A stretch of DNA of 64,000 nt. It comes from an uncultured Gammaproteobacteria bacterium. Lineage in GTDB: Bacteria > Pseudomonadota > Gammaproteobacteria > Pseudomonadales > Azotimanducaceae. The stretch lies in the NCBI GenBank assembly GCA_942491135.1, contig CALNZS010000005.1, positions 58,260 through 122,259 of the forward strand. Direction: 5' to 3'. Every line of letters begins with the position of its first letter. Position 1 is the stretch's first letter. The notes beneath the pieces are model-generated. The model was not told the origin of the DNA. It saw only the letters and a list, made by a program, of their open reading frames with translations, and did not search any database. This document shows, in pieces, positions 9,626 to 18,807 of this stretch. The translations under genes were made by a program, and so were the position numbers.

Positions 9626-10624
9626 TCAAGGTGTCACCAGCATCTTCCCCATGTGACCGCCGGTGAGCAGGGTGATCAGCGCCGCTGGAAAGCGCTCGAT
9701 GCCCTGCTCGATGTGCTCCGGCAGGTGCAGCCGTCCTTCCGCCAACCACCCGGCCAGCCTGGCGCCGGCTTCCCCGAACCGATCTGCGTAGTGGTCCACC
9801 GTGAACCCGCACATGCAGGCGTTACGCTCCGCCAGGCGCAGGTATCGCTTGGGGCCACGCACGTCGTTCAGGTCGTCGTACTGCGAAATGGCGCCGCAGA
9901 TGGACACGCGCCCACCCATCCGCAGGCGCTCGAGCACCACATCGAGTAATTCGCCCCCCACGTTGTCGAAGAACACATCCACCCCCTGCGGCGCCAGTTC
10001 ATCGAGCCGTGCCCCGACATCCTCGTTCCGGTAGTCGATGCCCGCGTCGGCGCCGAGGGTTTCGGTGAGGTAGCGGCGTTTTTCCGGCCCACCCGCGATC
10101 CCGATGACGCGCGCACCCTGGATGGTGGCGAGCTGACACACCACACTGCCCACCGCGCCAGCGGCGCCGGAGACCACCACGGTGTCCCCCGCGTCGACGT
10201 GAACCACCTCGAGCAGACCGACGTAGGCGGTGAGACCCGTGGTCAGCCCCAGCACCCCCAGATAGGCCGACGGCGGGGCCAGGCGGGTGTCGATCTTATG
10301 AACCATGGACGCCGGAAGTTGGGCATGGGTCTGCGCCATGAGAGGACCGGTCACCCAGTCGCCGGCAGCCAGCGTAGCACTGGTACTGTCGATGACCTCG
10401 CCCACGCCGAGCGCCACCACGGGCGCGCCCAACGGCACGGTGGCATGAATGCCGCCGTCCTCGAGGGTAGTGCGGATGAAGGCGTCGACCGACAGATGGG
10501 ACACCGCAATGGTCACCTGGTCTTCGCCCAATGGCAGCAGCTCCGACTCCTCGAGCCGGAAGTCGGACTCCCGGGGACGGCCCTCCGGGCGCTTGTCCAG
10601 AACGATGCGCCGATTGCGGGTCAA
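9626..10624 (-). CDS. NADP-dependent oxidoreductase, MDR family (alkenal/enone reductase, PTGR/YncB-like)
   Basis: 332 aa. N-terminus RRIVLDKRPEGRPRESDFRLEE and nucleotide site VSGAAGAVGSVVCQLA. Confidence 0.8.
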   Translation of the reverse strand: MTRNRRIVLDKRPEGRPRESDFRLEESELLPLGEDQVTIAVSHLSVDAFIRTTLEDGGIHATVPLGAPVVALGVGEVIDSTSATLAAGDWVTGPLMAQTHAQLPASMVHKIDTRLAPPSAYLGVLGLTTGLTAYVGLLEVVHVDAGDTVVVSGAAGAVGSVVCQLATIQGARVIGIAGGPEKRRYLTETLGADAGIDYRNEDVGARLDELAPQGVDVFFDNVGGELLDVVLERLRMGGRVSICGAISQYDDLNDVRGPKRYLRLAERNACMCGFTVDHYADRFGEAGARLAGWLAEGRLHLPEHIEQGIERFPAALITLLTGGHMGKMLVTP

Positions 10625-10625
10625 T

Positions 10626-11384
10626 TCAGGCCCCTCCCGAAATACGAATGCACTGACCGGTCACCCAGGCCGATGCCGGAGAACACAGATACAAGGCGGC
10701 CGCACCCAGATCCTCCGGGGTGCCGAGCCGGCCGGCCGGCAGCCGGATCATTTTCTCGAACCCGGGCAGGTCGGCGTCCGACAGGTTCATGGCTTTCATC
10801 ATGATCTCCGTGGGCACGGCCCCCGGCATGATGCAGTTGACCCGGATGCGCGGGCCCAGCTCCTGGGCGAAGGTGCGGGTCAGCATGTTCACGCCGGCCT
10901 TGGCGGCGCTGTAGTGACCGCTGCCGGGGATCACGGTGTCCGCGGCAATCGACGAGATGTTGAGTATCCGCCCGCCGTCCTCCATCAGACCGGCAGCAAC
11001 CCGGGTCGACTCGAAGATGGCGCTGAGGTTCAGGGCTACGGTCGCGTCCCATTCTTCACGAGGCAGTTCCGTGAGCGGTACCTGCAGCGGCGACCCGCCC
11101 GCGTTGTTGACCCAGATGTCGAGGCGGCCGAAAGCTTCGACCGCGCTTCGGCCGAGACGGGCCAGCGAGTCAGGGTCGGTCACGTCGGTGGTGACGGCCA
11201 CGGCGCGGCCATTGCTGGCGACAATCTCCGAAGCGACCCGTTCAATTTCCTCCGTGCGGCGGGCGGCGCACACCACGTGAGCACCCGCCGCGGCCAGCAC
11301 CCTGGCAATGCCTTCGCCGATACCCCGGCCCGCGCCGGTTACCACCGCCACCTGGCCGTTCAGCCCAAACAACTCATCCAGCAT
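10626..11384 (-). CDS. SDR family oxidoreductase
   Basis: TGAGRGIGEG nucleotide motif, NNAG, YSAAK catalytic motif. Paralog of 22589..23368 and 31005..31781. Confidence 0.9.
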   Translation of the reverse strand: MLDELFGLNGQVAVVTGAGRGIGEGIARVLAAAGAHVVCAARRTEEIERVASEIVASNGRAVAVTTDVTDPDSLARLGRSAVEAFGRLDIWVNNAGGSPLQVPLTELPREEWDATVALNLSAIFESTRVAAGLMEDGGRILNISSIAADTVIPGSGHYSAAKAGVNMLTRTFAQELGPRIRVNCIMPGAVPTEIMMKAMNLSDADLPGFEKMIRLPAGRLGTPEDLGAAALYLCSPASAWVTGQCIRISGGA

Positions 11385-11397
11385 CGCGACTCTCCCT

Positions 11398-12528
11398 TCA
11401 GATCAGTTCCTTCAGTTCCACCCCGGCCAGGCGGCGCGCCAGGCGGTCGCGCCAGCGACTCATCATGGCCTGGCCGCGCCCCGGGTCGATGGTGACATCG
11501 GCGCTCGGCGCCACCGCGGCCAGGGCCAGCACCAGGCCCCGCTGATAGTCGCGGCGCAAGTGCTCGAATTCATACCCGGTAACATTCAGCGCCGTATGGT
11601 AGCGACGGAGAATGTGCTCCACAGCAGCGGCGTCCGCCGCCTCGTGCAGGGCGCTGCCGAGAAAGTAGGCCACGTCGTAGGCCGCAGGGCCGGCGCGCAC
11701 CAGTTGCCAGTCGAGGTAGGCGCAATCGGTGCCGTTGAAACACACGTTGTCCAGCCGCAGGTCGTTGTGCATGAGGGTCGCTGGCACCTCCCGGGTCAGC
11801 ACCCGGGCAAGCTGCGCGTAGTGGTCGCCCAGCCACGCCACGTACGGCCGCAGACCCGGCCCGACCTCGTCAAGAAACGCCGGCACGTTGCGCTGCAGAA
11901 TGCCCTCGCGCATGCGCGCGTCGATATCCATGGGCAACAGCCAGAACTGTTCATCGAGCGCGGGATGAGCCCAGAACCGGCGGTGTGCCGGCGCAAACTG
12001 TTCCAGCACCCGGGCACAGGCCTCGGTGTCCGCGCCGGCGAGCTGGTCCCCCGGCCGGTAGGCTTCGAGGTCTTCCATCACCACCAGGTAACGGCGTTTC
12101 TTGGCGGCGGCGACCCGCATGCCCAGGTAACCGACCATGGGTGACAACAGCCGCGGCAGGCGATCCACAGCGCGCAGAATTTCCTTCTGCCGCGCCGAAC
12201 CCGCGTCCGGATCGTAATGACTGAAGTAGATGCGCGGGATCCGCACCGGGAAATCGGCGCCGTAAGCCTGAAAGAACAGCACCTCGCGCTCGTACACACC
12301 GAGCATCTCGCCCATCGGCCGGTTGGCCTTCTTGGGCAGCTTGGCGATGACGCTGGCCGGCGTCGCCGGATCCGCGCCATCGAGCCTGAGGCGGACGATG
12401 TCGCCGAGAAACCCCTGGCCCTGGCCCAGCAGTTCGCGCTCGGCGCCGTTCACCTTCCAGCCCAGGGCCTGGCCGAGCCACTCGGTGGTCAGCGCTTCCG
12501 GAGTCTCCGGAACGTCAGCCGGGCTCAT
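11398..12528 (-). CDS. Phosphotransferase family protein (APH/EcKL-like small-molecule kinase)
   Basis: 376 aa. Kinase catalytic loop LMHNDLRLDN followed by LDWQ. Overlaps the stop of the upstream HAD gene by 14 nt. Confidence 0.8.
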   Translation of the reverse strand: MSPADVPETPEALTTEWLGQALGWKVNGAERELLGQGQGFLGDIVRLRLDGADPATPASVIAKLPKKANRPMGEMLGVYEREVLFFQAYGADFPVRIPRIYFSHYDPDAGSARQKEILRAVDRLPRLLSPMVGYLGMRVAAAKKRRYLVVMEDLEAYRPGDQLAGADTEACARVLEQFAPAHRRFWAHPALDEQFWLLPMDIDARMREGILQRNVPAFLDEVGPGLRPYVAWLGDHYAQLARVLTREVPATLMHNDLRLDNVCFNGTDCAYLDWQLVRAGPAAYDVAYFLGSALHEAADAAAVEHILRRYHTALNVTGYEFEHLRRDYQRGLVLALAAVAPSADVTIDPGRGQAMMSRWRDRLARRLAGVELKELI

Positions 12529-13294
12529 GCATGCCGTCCACGATGGCGATCAACTCGATCAAGGCCGCAATTTCGAAGTCCGGCTGCGCGGTTGCGGTCA
12601 ACCCGCTGGTCAGCGGAGTGACGACACCTTCCTCGACGATACGCGCCGAGCGGATGCCCGCGGCCGCCGCGCCGGCCACGTCGTGGTGCAGCGAATCACC
12701 GACGAACAGGACCTCGTCGGCGCCGAGCCCGGCTTTGCCCAGAGCATAGTGGTAGATCCGGGTATCGGGCTTGCACGACTGCGCCTCCTCGGAGCTGGTC
12801 CAGTGGTCGAGCAGTTCATCCAACCCATGCCTTTGCACCAGCGGCAGCAGGTAGTCGTCGTCGATGTTGGAAACGATGGCCAGGTACAGCCCCCGGGCCT
12901 TGAGCGCGCGCAGGGCCTCGTGACAGTCGTCGCGCAGCGGCAGGTGATCGATGACCGACTGGCGCTGAGCGGCCTCGAAGCGCAGCGCCAGCGCCTCCGG
13001 CAGCGGCCGGCCGAACCCCTTGGCGAACACCGACAGGGTGTCCCGGAAAAGGTCCCGGTGCAGGAAATAGCCCTGGCTGGCGTAGCGCCGCATGGCCGTG
13101 TCGTTGGCGTTCTTCCAGGCACGTCCCAGCTCCTCGGGCCGGGTCTCGATCCCGAGCGCCTGCGCCACCTCCAGCACAGCGCCGCCCAGGCTGCCCCCTC
13201 GACGCGGATAACTGAACAGAGTGCCCCCCAGATCGAAGAGCACGCCCCTGAGCGGAGTGGCCGGCACCGGCGGGCGGCCGCTCACAGCCGCCAC
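12515..13294 (-). CDS. HAD family hydrolase (start uncertain)
   Basis: HAD motif I VLFDLGGTL and motif IV VGDSLHHDV. The longest ORF reaches 13420, but that would overlap the divergent gene at 13401. A GTG at 13294 or 13284 is preferred. Confidence 0.7.
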   Translation of the reverse strand: MAAVSGRPPVPATPLRGVLFDLGGTLFSYPRRGGSLGGAVLEVAQALGIETRPEELGRAWKNANDTAMRRYASQGYFLHRDLFRDTLSVFAKGFGRPLPEALALRFEAAQRQSVIDHLPLRDDCHEALRALKARGLYLAIVSNIDDDYLLPLVQRHGLDELLDHWTSSEEAQSCKPDTRIYHYALGKAGLGADEVLFVGDSLHHDVAGAAAAGIRSARIVEEGVVTPLTSGLTATAQPDFEIAALIELIAIVDGMHEPG

Positions 13295-13400
13295 CAGGCC
13301 GAGCCATCTTTGCTGGCGAACGTTTTCATGGTCGTCATCGGATCCCCCAGGCCATTTGAACACGCTACACTGCGCCGATACCAGCACAGGTGAATGTAAC

Positions 13401-14264
13401 ATGAAGATCGGCATCTCCACGTTTCCGACCGACTACGCCATTTCCCCGACGGTACTGGCGGCGGCCCTCGAGGAACGCGGCTTCGAGTCGCTCTGGGTCG
13501 TGGAGCACACCCACATCCCCGCTTCACGGCGGACCCCTTACCCTCTGGGTACGGAGCTGCCCAGCATCTACTGGGAATCCTACGAGCCATTCACCTATCT
13601 GGCCCAGGTTGCCGCGGTCACCTCACGGCTGCGCATCGGCACCGGCATCTGTCTGGTGCCTGAACACCACCCCATCGCGCTGGCCAAGCGGGTGGCGTCC
13701 CTGGACTCACTCAGTGGCGGCCGCTTCCTGTTCGGCATCGGCGCCGGCTGGAACGCCGAAGAACTGGAGAACCATGGCGTCGCCTACGCCGACCGCTGGA
13801 AAGTGCTGCGCGAACACGTACTGGCGATGAAGGCCTGCTGGACCGAGAAGAACGCCGAGTTTCACGGCGACTTCGTCGACTTCGACCCGGTCTGGGTCGA
13901 GCCCGAACCCGTGAGCCGGCCACACCCGCCGATCTATCTGGGCGCCTCGTCCCGCTGGGCCATGGAACGGATCGTCGACTACGCGGACGGCTGGCTGCCG
14001 GTGGCGGTTCCGGAATTCGATACCCGACTGGCCGAACTGACTGCCCTGTGCGAGGCGCGCGGGCGCGATCGCAGCGAAATCGACGTCAGCCTGCTGACCG
14101 CGGTGGAGACACCCGATCAGCTCGCGGCCCTGGCCGACAAGGGGGTCAACCGGGTCATTCTGTCGCTGCCGACACTGCCTGAAGCGGAATCCCTGGCGGT
14201 ACTGGACCGACTGGCCCCGGTCACCCAATGGGCACTCGAGCATCAGGGAGCCGCTTCCCGGTGA
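13401..14264 (+). CDS. LLM class (luciferase-like) oxidoreductase, F420-dependent-type subfamily
   Basis: MKIGISTFPTD..., SLWVVEHTHIP, SGGRFLFGIGAGWN. Paralog of 48586..49470. Confidence 0.8.
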   Translation: MKIGISTFPTDYAISPTVLAAALEERGFESLWVVEHTHIPASRRTPYPLGTELPSIYWESYEPFTYLAQVAAVTSRLRIGTGICLVPEHHPIALAKRVASLDSLSGGRFLFGIGAGWNAEELENHGVAYADRWKVLREHVLAMKACWTEKNAEFHGDFVDFDPVWVEPEPVSRPHPPIYLGASSRWAMERIVDYADGWLPVAVPEFDTRLAELTALCEARGRDRSEIDVSLLTAVETPDQLAALADKGVNRVILSLPTLPEAESLAVLDRLAPVTQWALEHQGAASR

Positions 14265-14271
14265 GCCGGAC

Positions 14272-15051
14272 TCAGCGGTCGGCCACCCAGGCTACCGCGT
14301 TGCTGATCAGGCGGCGGAAGTGCGGATTGGCGTAAGCCTCGGGGCCATCACCGCATTGCAGATAGACGATGCGGCTTGCACCCTGCTCCCGGCACCAGCC
14401 GATGAGATTGCTGCCCGGCGGGTGCTGCCAGCCTTCGTTGTCGAACATCTTTCCTTCCAGAACCACCCGGGCCGCGGAGTAGAAGTTGTCAGCCACGAAC
14501 TGGTGGCCGCTGGCCAGCAGCGGCGTGACGTCGGACTCGAAGACCTCGTACAGATACAACTCGTCGGTAATGGTGAACGACTCCGGTATGCCGGCGGTCA
14601 CGGGGTGATCACGTAACACCCGGACCTGGTGCGCCACATCGTGCCGGTAACCGGAGTCCTGCCGTTGCTCGCCGCGCAGTTCCCCGGGCAAGTAGAGAAA
14701 CCGGCCGCCGACGATGTCGGCGTACTCCGGCCAGGCCGGCCATCCGGCGATGGCATGATGCAGGAACACGAAGCCGTGCCCCTGTTCCAGCAGGGCCTCG
14801 AAGCGCGCCCGGAACGCCGGCGGAGGGGTCTGGAATTCGGGCGCCTGACCCGGCCGGAAGCGGATGCCCGGCATGTCGTAGAGCACGAAGGCGTCATAGG
14901 CCGACGCATGTTCGACATCGAACAGAGCCTGGGCCGCCGGCTGTTCCACGTGCGTCCAGTCGACCTCCGGCAGCGCGTCGAACAGGGCGAAGAACGGCTC
15001 CCGTTCGAACGGGTGGCCCTTGGTCACCAGCAGTATTTCGTGACCCGCCAT
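14272..15051 (-). CDS. ThuA domain-containing protein
   Basis: 259 aa, ILLVTKGHPFE...FVFLHHAI, consistent with the ThuA-like (class I amidotransferase-like) fold. Confidence 0.7.
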   Translation of the reverse strand: MAGHEILLVTKGHPFEREPFFALFDALPEVDWTHVEQPAAQALFDVEHASAYDAFVLYDMPGIRFRPGQAPEFQTPPPAFRARFEALLEQGHGFVFLHHAIAGWPAWPEYADIVGGRFLYLPGELRGEQRQDSGYRHDVAHQVRVLRDHPVTAGIPESFTITDELYLYEVFESDVTPLLASGHQFVADNFYSAARVVLEGKMFDNEGWQHPPGSNLIGWCREQGASRIVYLQCGDGPEAYANPHFRRLISNAVAWVADR

Positions 15052-15089
15052 GGTTTTCCCTCCGCCTCTCCTCGGTTGCCCGGAAGAAT

Positions 15090-15110
15090 ACCGTCAATGT
15101 AGACTGTTTT
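15090..15110 (+). promoter_or_regulatory. Copy of recurrent motif (candidate operator)
   Basis: ACCGTCA ATGT AGACTGT TTT in the divergent region between the ThuA start (15051) and the CMD start (15139). Confidence 0.45.
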
Positions 15111-15138
15111 CATCGGGGAGCGGACAGGGCCTGGCCCC

Positions 15139-15630
15139 TTGAGCTGGATCACCGGAAACGACACCCACTGGAATGCGCTGCTGGCGCAACAGCCGACGCT
15201 GGCACCGGGCTATCGGGCTTTCTACCGCGCGTTGTGGCAGGACGGCGGCCTCGACCGCCGCGTGCTCGAATGCTGCCGGCTGCGTATCGCCGCCATTCAC
15301 GACTGCGACGTCGAGTGGCGTCTCCGCGACCCCGCCGTCCCCGTGACCGACACCGAAGAGGCGGCACTGCGCCGCGGCGAGAGAACGCCGTTCCCAGCCG
15401 ATCAGCAGGCGGCGCTCGAGCTCGCCGAACGGATGCCGTTCGATCAACACGGCATCGAAGATGTCGAAGTGGCTGCCGCCCGCCGGCATTTCGGCGAAGC
15501 CGGCACCGTGCAGCTCATGCTGGCGCTGGCCTTCTTCGACGCCACCTGCCGCATGAAGCTGGTCAGCGGGGTGACGCCGACTCCGTCCGGATCCAACGCC
15601 CCGCCATCGCGGCGTGGCCGGGCGCCGTGA
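15139..15630 (+). CDS. Carboxymuconolactone decarboxylase (AhpD-like) family protein
   Basis: 163 aa with a TTG start. The RLRIAAIHDC block is typical of the CMD fold. Confidence 0.7.
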   Translation: MSWITGNDTHWNALLAQQPTLAPGYRAFYRALWQDGGLDRRVLECCRLRIAAIHDCDVEWRLRDPAVPVTDTEEAALRRGERTPFPADQQAALELAERMPFDQHGIEDVEVAAARRHFGEAGTVQLMLALAFFDATCRMKLVSGVTPTPSGSNAPPSRRGRAP

Positions 15631-15661
15631 CGCCGGCCCGCTCAGTCACAGGAGAGCAACC

Positions 15662-16186
15662 ATGTCCACGCACCCGCGCCTGCCCGCCGCCGTTCCGGGT
15701 CAAGCAGAGACCCTGGCCAGCGTTCTGGCCCACACGCCGGATTCGCTGCGCCGGTTTTTTGAGCTCTACGGAGAGTTCTGGCAGCACGGGGCCGTGGATC
15801 CAGCGCTCAAGGAAATGACCCGCCTGCGCAACGCGCGCATCACCGACTGCGGTTTCTGACGCAACGTACGCTTCGACTCCGCCCGTGCGGCGGGGCTGAC
15901 CGAACAGCAGGCCGAGCGGGTGACCGACGGCTACGAGGACACACTGGCGCCGCGGGAGGTGGCCGCGCTGGCGCTGACCGATGCCCTGGTCGGCGACCCC
16001 CGGAACCTGGACCTGGCCGCGAAGGACCACCTGCTGGCGCACTTCACCCCGGAGCAGATCGTCGAGTTGCTGCTCGGCGTGGGCCTGTTCCTGGGTATGT
16101 CCAAGGTACTGATCACCCTCGGACTGGAGCCGGAAGACATGGCGGTGACGGTCATACCGACACCGGGCAGTCCTCCGGCGCGCTGA
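15662..16186 (+). CDS. AhpD/CMD family protein with in-frame TGA at 15857..15859: candidate CxxU selenoprotein (alternative: pseudogene)
   Basis: ORFs 15614..15859 and 15920..16186 share a frame, with a single TGA and no other stop between them. ATG 15662 follows AGGAGA. The TGA aligns with the second Cys of CxxC in paralog 54452..55042. Confidence 0.6.
15877..15895 (+). other. SECIS-like hairpin downstream of the in-frame TGA
   Basis: CUCCGCC-CGUGC-GGCGGGG. 7-bp stem (one G.U) and a 5-nt loop with G at position 2. The stem starts 18 nt after the TGA. Confidence 0.4.
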
Positions 16187-16213
16187 CGCCATCCTCCGCC
16201 CGCTGGAGCGCGT

Positions 16214-16954
16214 TCAGTCGAACGCCGGCGCGGGCACGGACAGCGGCTCGCGGTCGCCGCCCGGACACAGGCGAATCTCGCCGTTGCCGCCATCCGTCAG
16301 CAGAGTGATGACCTGCTCCGCCAGGCCATCGGCCGACATCAGGTCCATGCCTGCCGCGCGCAGAGCCTGGGGCACGATGGCAGTGTCCACACCCCCCGGA
16401 CAGATCGCGTTGATGCGCAATGGCGCGTCGGGGTCGGCGGCTGCCAGACTGCGAACCAGCCCGACCAGGGCGTGTTTGGTGGCCGAGTACATCGGATCCA
16501 CGGGTAACGGTACCAGCCCCACCATCGAGGCCGTTACGCAGATGGCCCCGGGGCGCCCGCGCAGGTGCGGCAGCAACGCCTGCAAGGCGAACACCACGCC
16601 GCCGAGGTTGACGTCTACGATCCGCCGATAGGCGCTTTCCGGCAGATCCTCCAGAGCCACGAACGACGCGTCGGCGGGCACGCTCATGATCCCGGCGTTG
16701 AGGTGCACGAAGTCGGGCGTCCCGACGGCATCCAGGCAGGTGGTGACGGCGTCGAACCACGCCTCGCGGCTCGACACGTCGCAGCGGATGAAGTGGGCGT
16801 TTAATTCGCCGGCAAGCGCCTGCCCCGGCGCCTCGGCGATGTCCAGCAACACCACCTGCGCACCCAGGCTGCTCAGTCGCCGCGCGACGGCGGCGCCGAT
16901 TCCGGACGCTGCGCCGGTCACCAGCGCGATTCGATCATGCATCCTGTCGGCCAT
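16214..16954 (-). CDS. SDR family oxidoreductase
   Basis: TGAASGIGAA, YSATKHAL. Confidence 0.9.
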   Translation of the reverse strand: MADRMHDRIALVTGAASGIGAAVARRLSSLGAQVVLLDIAEAPGQALAGELNAHFIRCDVSSREAWFDAVTTCLDAVGTPDFVHLNAGIMSVPADASFVALEDLPESAYRRIVDVNLGGVVFALQALLPHLRGRPGAICVTASMVGLVPLPVDPMYSATKHALVGLVRSLAAADPDAPLRINAICPGGVDTAIVPQALRAAGMDLMSADGLAEQVITLLTDGGNGEIRLCPGGDREPLSVPAPAFD

Positions 16955-17730
16955 CAGTATTGCGCCGTGCCGCCATCGACACTGATCGCAGCGCCGGTTA
17001 TGCCGCTGCCGGACTCCCCCGCCAGCAGCAGCGCCACCGCCGCAACCTCCTCGACGGTCACCGGCCGTTCGATGGCCGAGTCCCTGGCATAGGCATCGAT
17101 CATCTCATCCAGGGTCATGCCCATGGCGGCCGCCGTGGCCGGTCCCGACTCGCGCACGATGTCGGTGATGACCAGTCCCGGACAGATGGCGTTCACCGTT
17201 ACTCCGGAGGTCCCCACTTCTCGCGCCACCGATTTGGTGAACCCGTTCACCGCATGTTTGGCGGTGGTATAGGCCGTCACCACCGGCTTGCCGTGTTTGC
17301 CCTCGACGGACGATATGTTGATGACCCGTCCCCAGCCCCGCTCCACCATGGCCGGCAGCACCCGGCGCGTGGCCCAGAACGTGGAATAGAGATTCCACCT
17401 GATGACGTTGTCCCACTCTGCATCCGGCAGTTCCACCAGCGGCTTCAGATTGCTGGCGCCGCCGGCATTGTTGACCAGGATGTCCACCGGACCGAGCCGT
17501 TCTGCCACGGCGTCGACAAATCCTTCCACGTCGGCCTGTACCGTGGCGTCGCCGGCAATGAACAACGCCCGGTCGCCGACCCCCAGTTCTTCGACCACCT
17601 GACGCCCGCGATCGGCCCGGCGCGCCATCAGCGCCACCCGGGCGCCCTGGTCCAGGAATGCCCTGGCGATGCCGAGGCCGATGCCGGCGGTCCCGCCGGT
17701 GATGGCCGCAACTCTGTCTGCTAACTGCAT
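16954..17730 (-). CDS. SDR family oxidoreductase (3-hydroxyacyl/3-hydroxybutyrate dehydrogenase-like)
   Basis: TGGTAGIGLG, NNAG, YTTAKHAV. Its stop overlaps the next SDR start by 1 nt. Confidence 0.9.
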   Translation of the reverse strand: MQLADRVAAITGGTAGIGLGIARAFLDQGARVALMARRADRGRQVVEELGVGDRALFIAGDATVQADVEGFVDAVAERLGPVDILVNNAGGASNLKPLVELPDAEWDNVIRWNLYSTFWATRRVLPAMVERGWGRVINISSVEGKHGKPVVTAYTTAKHAVNGFTKSVAREVGTSGVTVNAICPGLVITDIVRESGPATAAAMGMTLDEMIDAYARDSAIERPVTVEEVAAVALLLAGESGSGITGAAISVDGGTAQY

Positions 17731-17919
17731 GATGACCCTCCCCTGTTCCGTCCTGTAGGCCGATTACGGATTTCGTGGAACGGCAGCCTATCACCAGCAC
17801 CCATGAAGGTCCCAGCACGCCCCGCCGGCCGCGGCAGCGTGTCGGCCGTGGAAGTCGTGTCAGAGAACGGGCAAAGGCGATAAAGTAGCGGATTGCACAC
17901 CGACAAACCGAGGGTAGCC

Positions 17920-18786
17920 GTGACCGAAGCCAGCGCCGAGTTCGCCACCATCCGATACGAATCACCGGACCAACACATCGCCCGCGTGGTGCTGAACCGG
18001 CCGGACAAGGCCAATGCTCAGAATACCCGGTTGCTCTACGAACTCAACGCGGCGCTGGATCAGGCGTCCCAGGACCCGGACGTGAAAGTGATCATCGTGG
18101 CCGCCGAAGGCGAACACTTTTCGTCCGGTCACGACCTGTCCAGGGACGAAGACTGGCGTCTGAGCGACGTGGCCATCGGCCCCTGGGCGGAGTTCAAGGC
18201 GCCGGGCATCGAAGGCAACTGGGGGCGGGAGGAGGAAATCTACTTCGGCCTCTGCTGGCGCTGGCGCAACATCCCCAAACCGACCATCGCCGCGGTGCAG
18301 GGCAAGGTGATTGCCGGCGGCCTGATGCTGGTGTGGCCGTTCGACCTGGTCGTGGCCAGCGAAGACGCCACCTTCCAGGACCCGGTGGTCGCGTTCGGGG
18401 TGAACGGCGTGGAGTACTTCGGCCACCCGTGGGAGTTCGGTGTCCGGCGGGCCAAGGAAATGCTGTTCACCGGCCGCGCCATCACCGCAGAAGTGGCCCG
18501 TCAGGTCGGCATGGTCAATCGGGTGGTTGCGCGCACCGACCTGGAATCGGAAGCGCTGGAACTGGCTCGGGAGATCGCCGCCCAGCCGCTGATGGGCCTC
18601 AAACTGGCCAAGGAATCGGTGAACCAGAGTCAGAACGCCCAGGGCCTGTACCAGGCGCTGCGCAGCGCCATGGGCCACCAGCAGCTCGGTCACGCCAACA
18701 ACTCGATCGTCCATGGCATCCCGGTGGACCCGGCCGGCATGAAGATCATCCGCGACCTGGCCAAGAAGCCGCCGCTGGAGCGCTGA
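17920..18786 (+). CDS. Enoyl-CoA hydratase/isomerase (crotonase) family protein
   Basis: VLNRPDKANAQN and AAVQGKVIAGGLML blocks. GTG at 17920 follows GAGGGTAG; the alternative TTG at 17893 is the track start. Confidence 0.85.
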   Translation: MTEASAEFATIRYESPDQHIARVVLNRPDKANAQNTRLLYELNAALDQASQDPDVKVIIVAAEGEHFSSGHDLSRDEDWRLSDVAIGPWAEFKAPGIEGNWGREEEIYFGLCWRWRNIPKPTIAAVQGKVIAGGLMLVWPFDLVVASEDATFQDPVVAFGVNGVEYFGHPWEFGVRRAKEMLFTGRAITAEVARQVGMVNRVVARTDLESEALELAREIAAQPLMGLKLAKESVNQSQNAQGLYQALRSAMGHQQLGHANNSIVHGIPVDPAGMKIIRDLAKKPPLER

Positions 18787-18807
18787 GCGTGCCCCCCGAG
18801 CGGCCGG

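Noticed and set aside
15614-16186. Treating the interrupted CMD gene as an ordinary pseudogene or as two separate small genes
   Set aside because: Not fully excluded, but judged less likely. There is a single TGA exactly at the redox Cys position, no other lesion, both halves align to the Cys paralog, and a hairpin lies at SECIS distance. It is kept as a finding with explicit refutation criteria.
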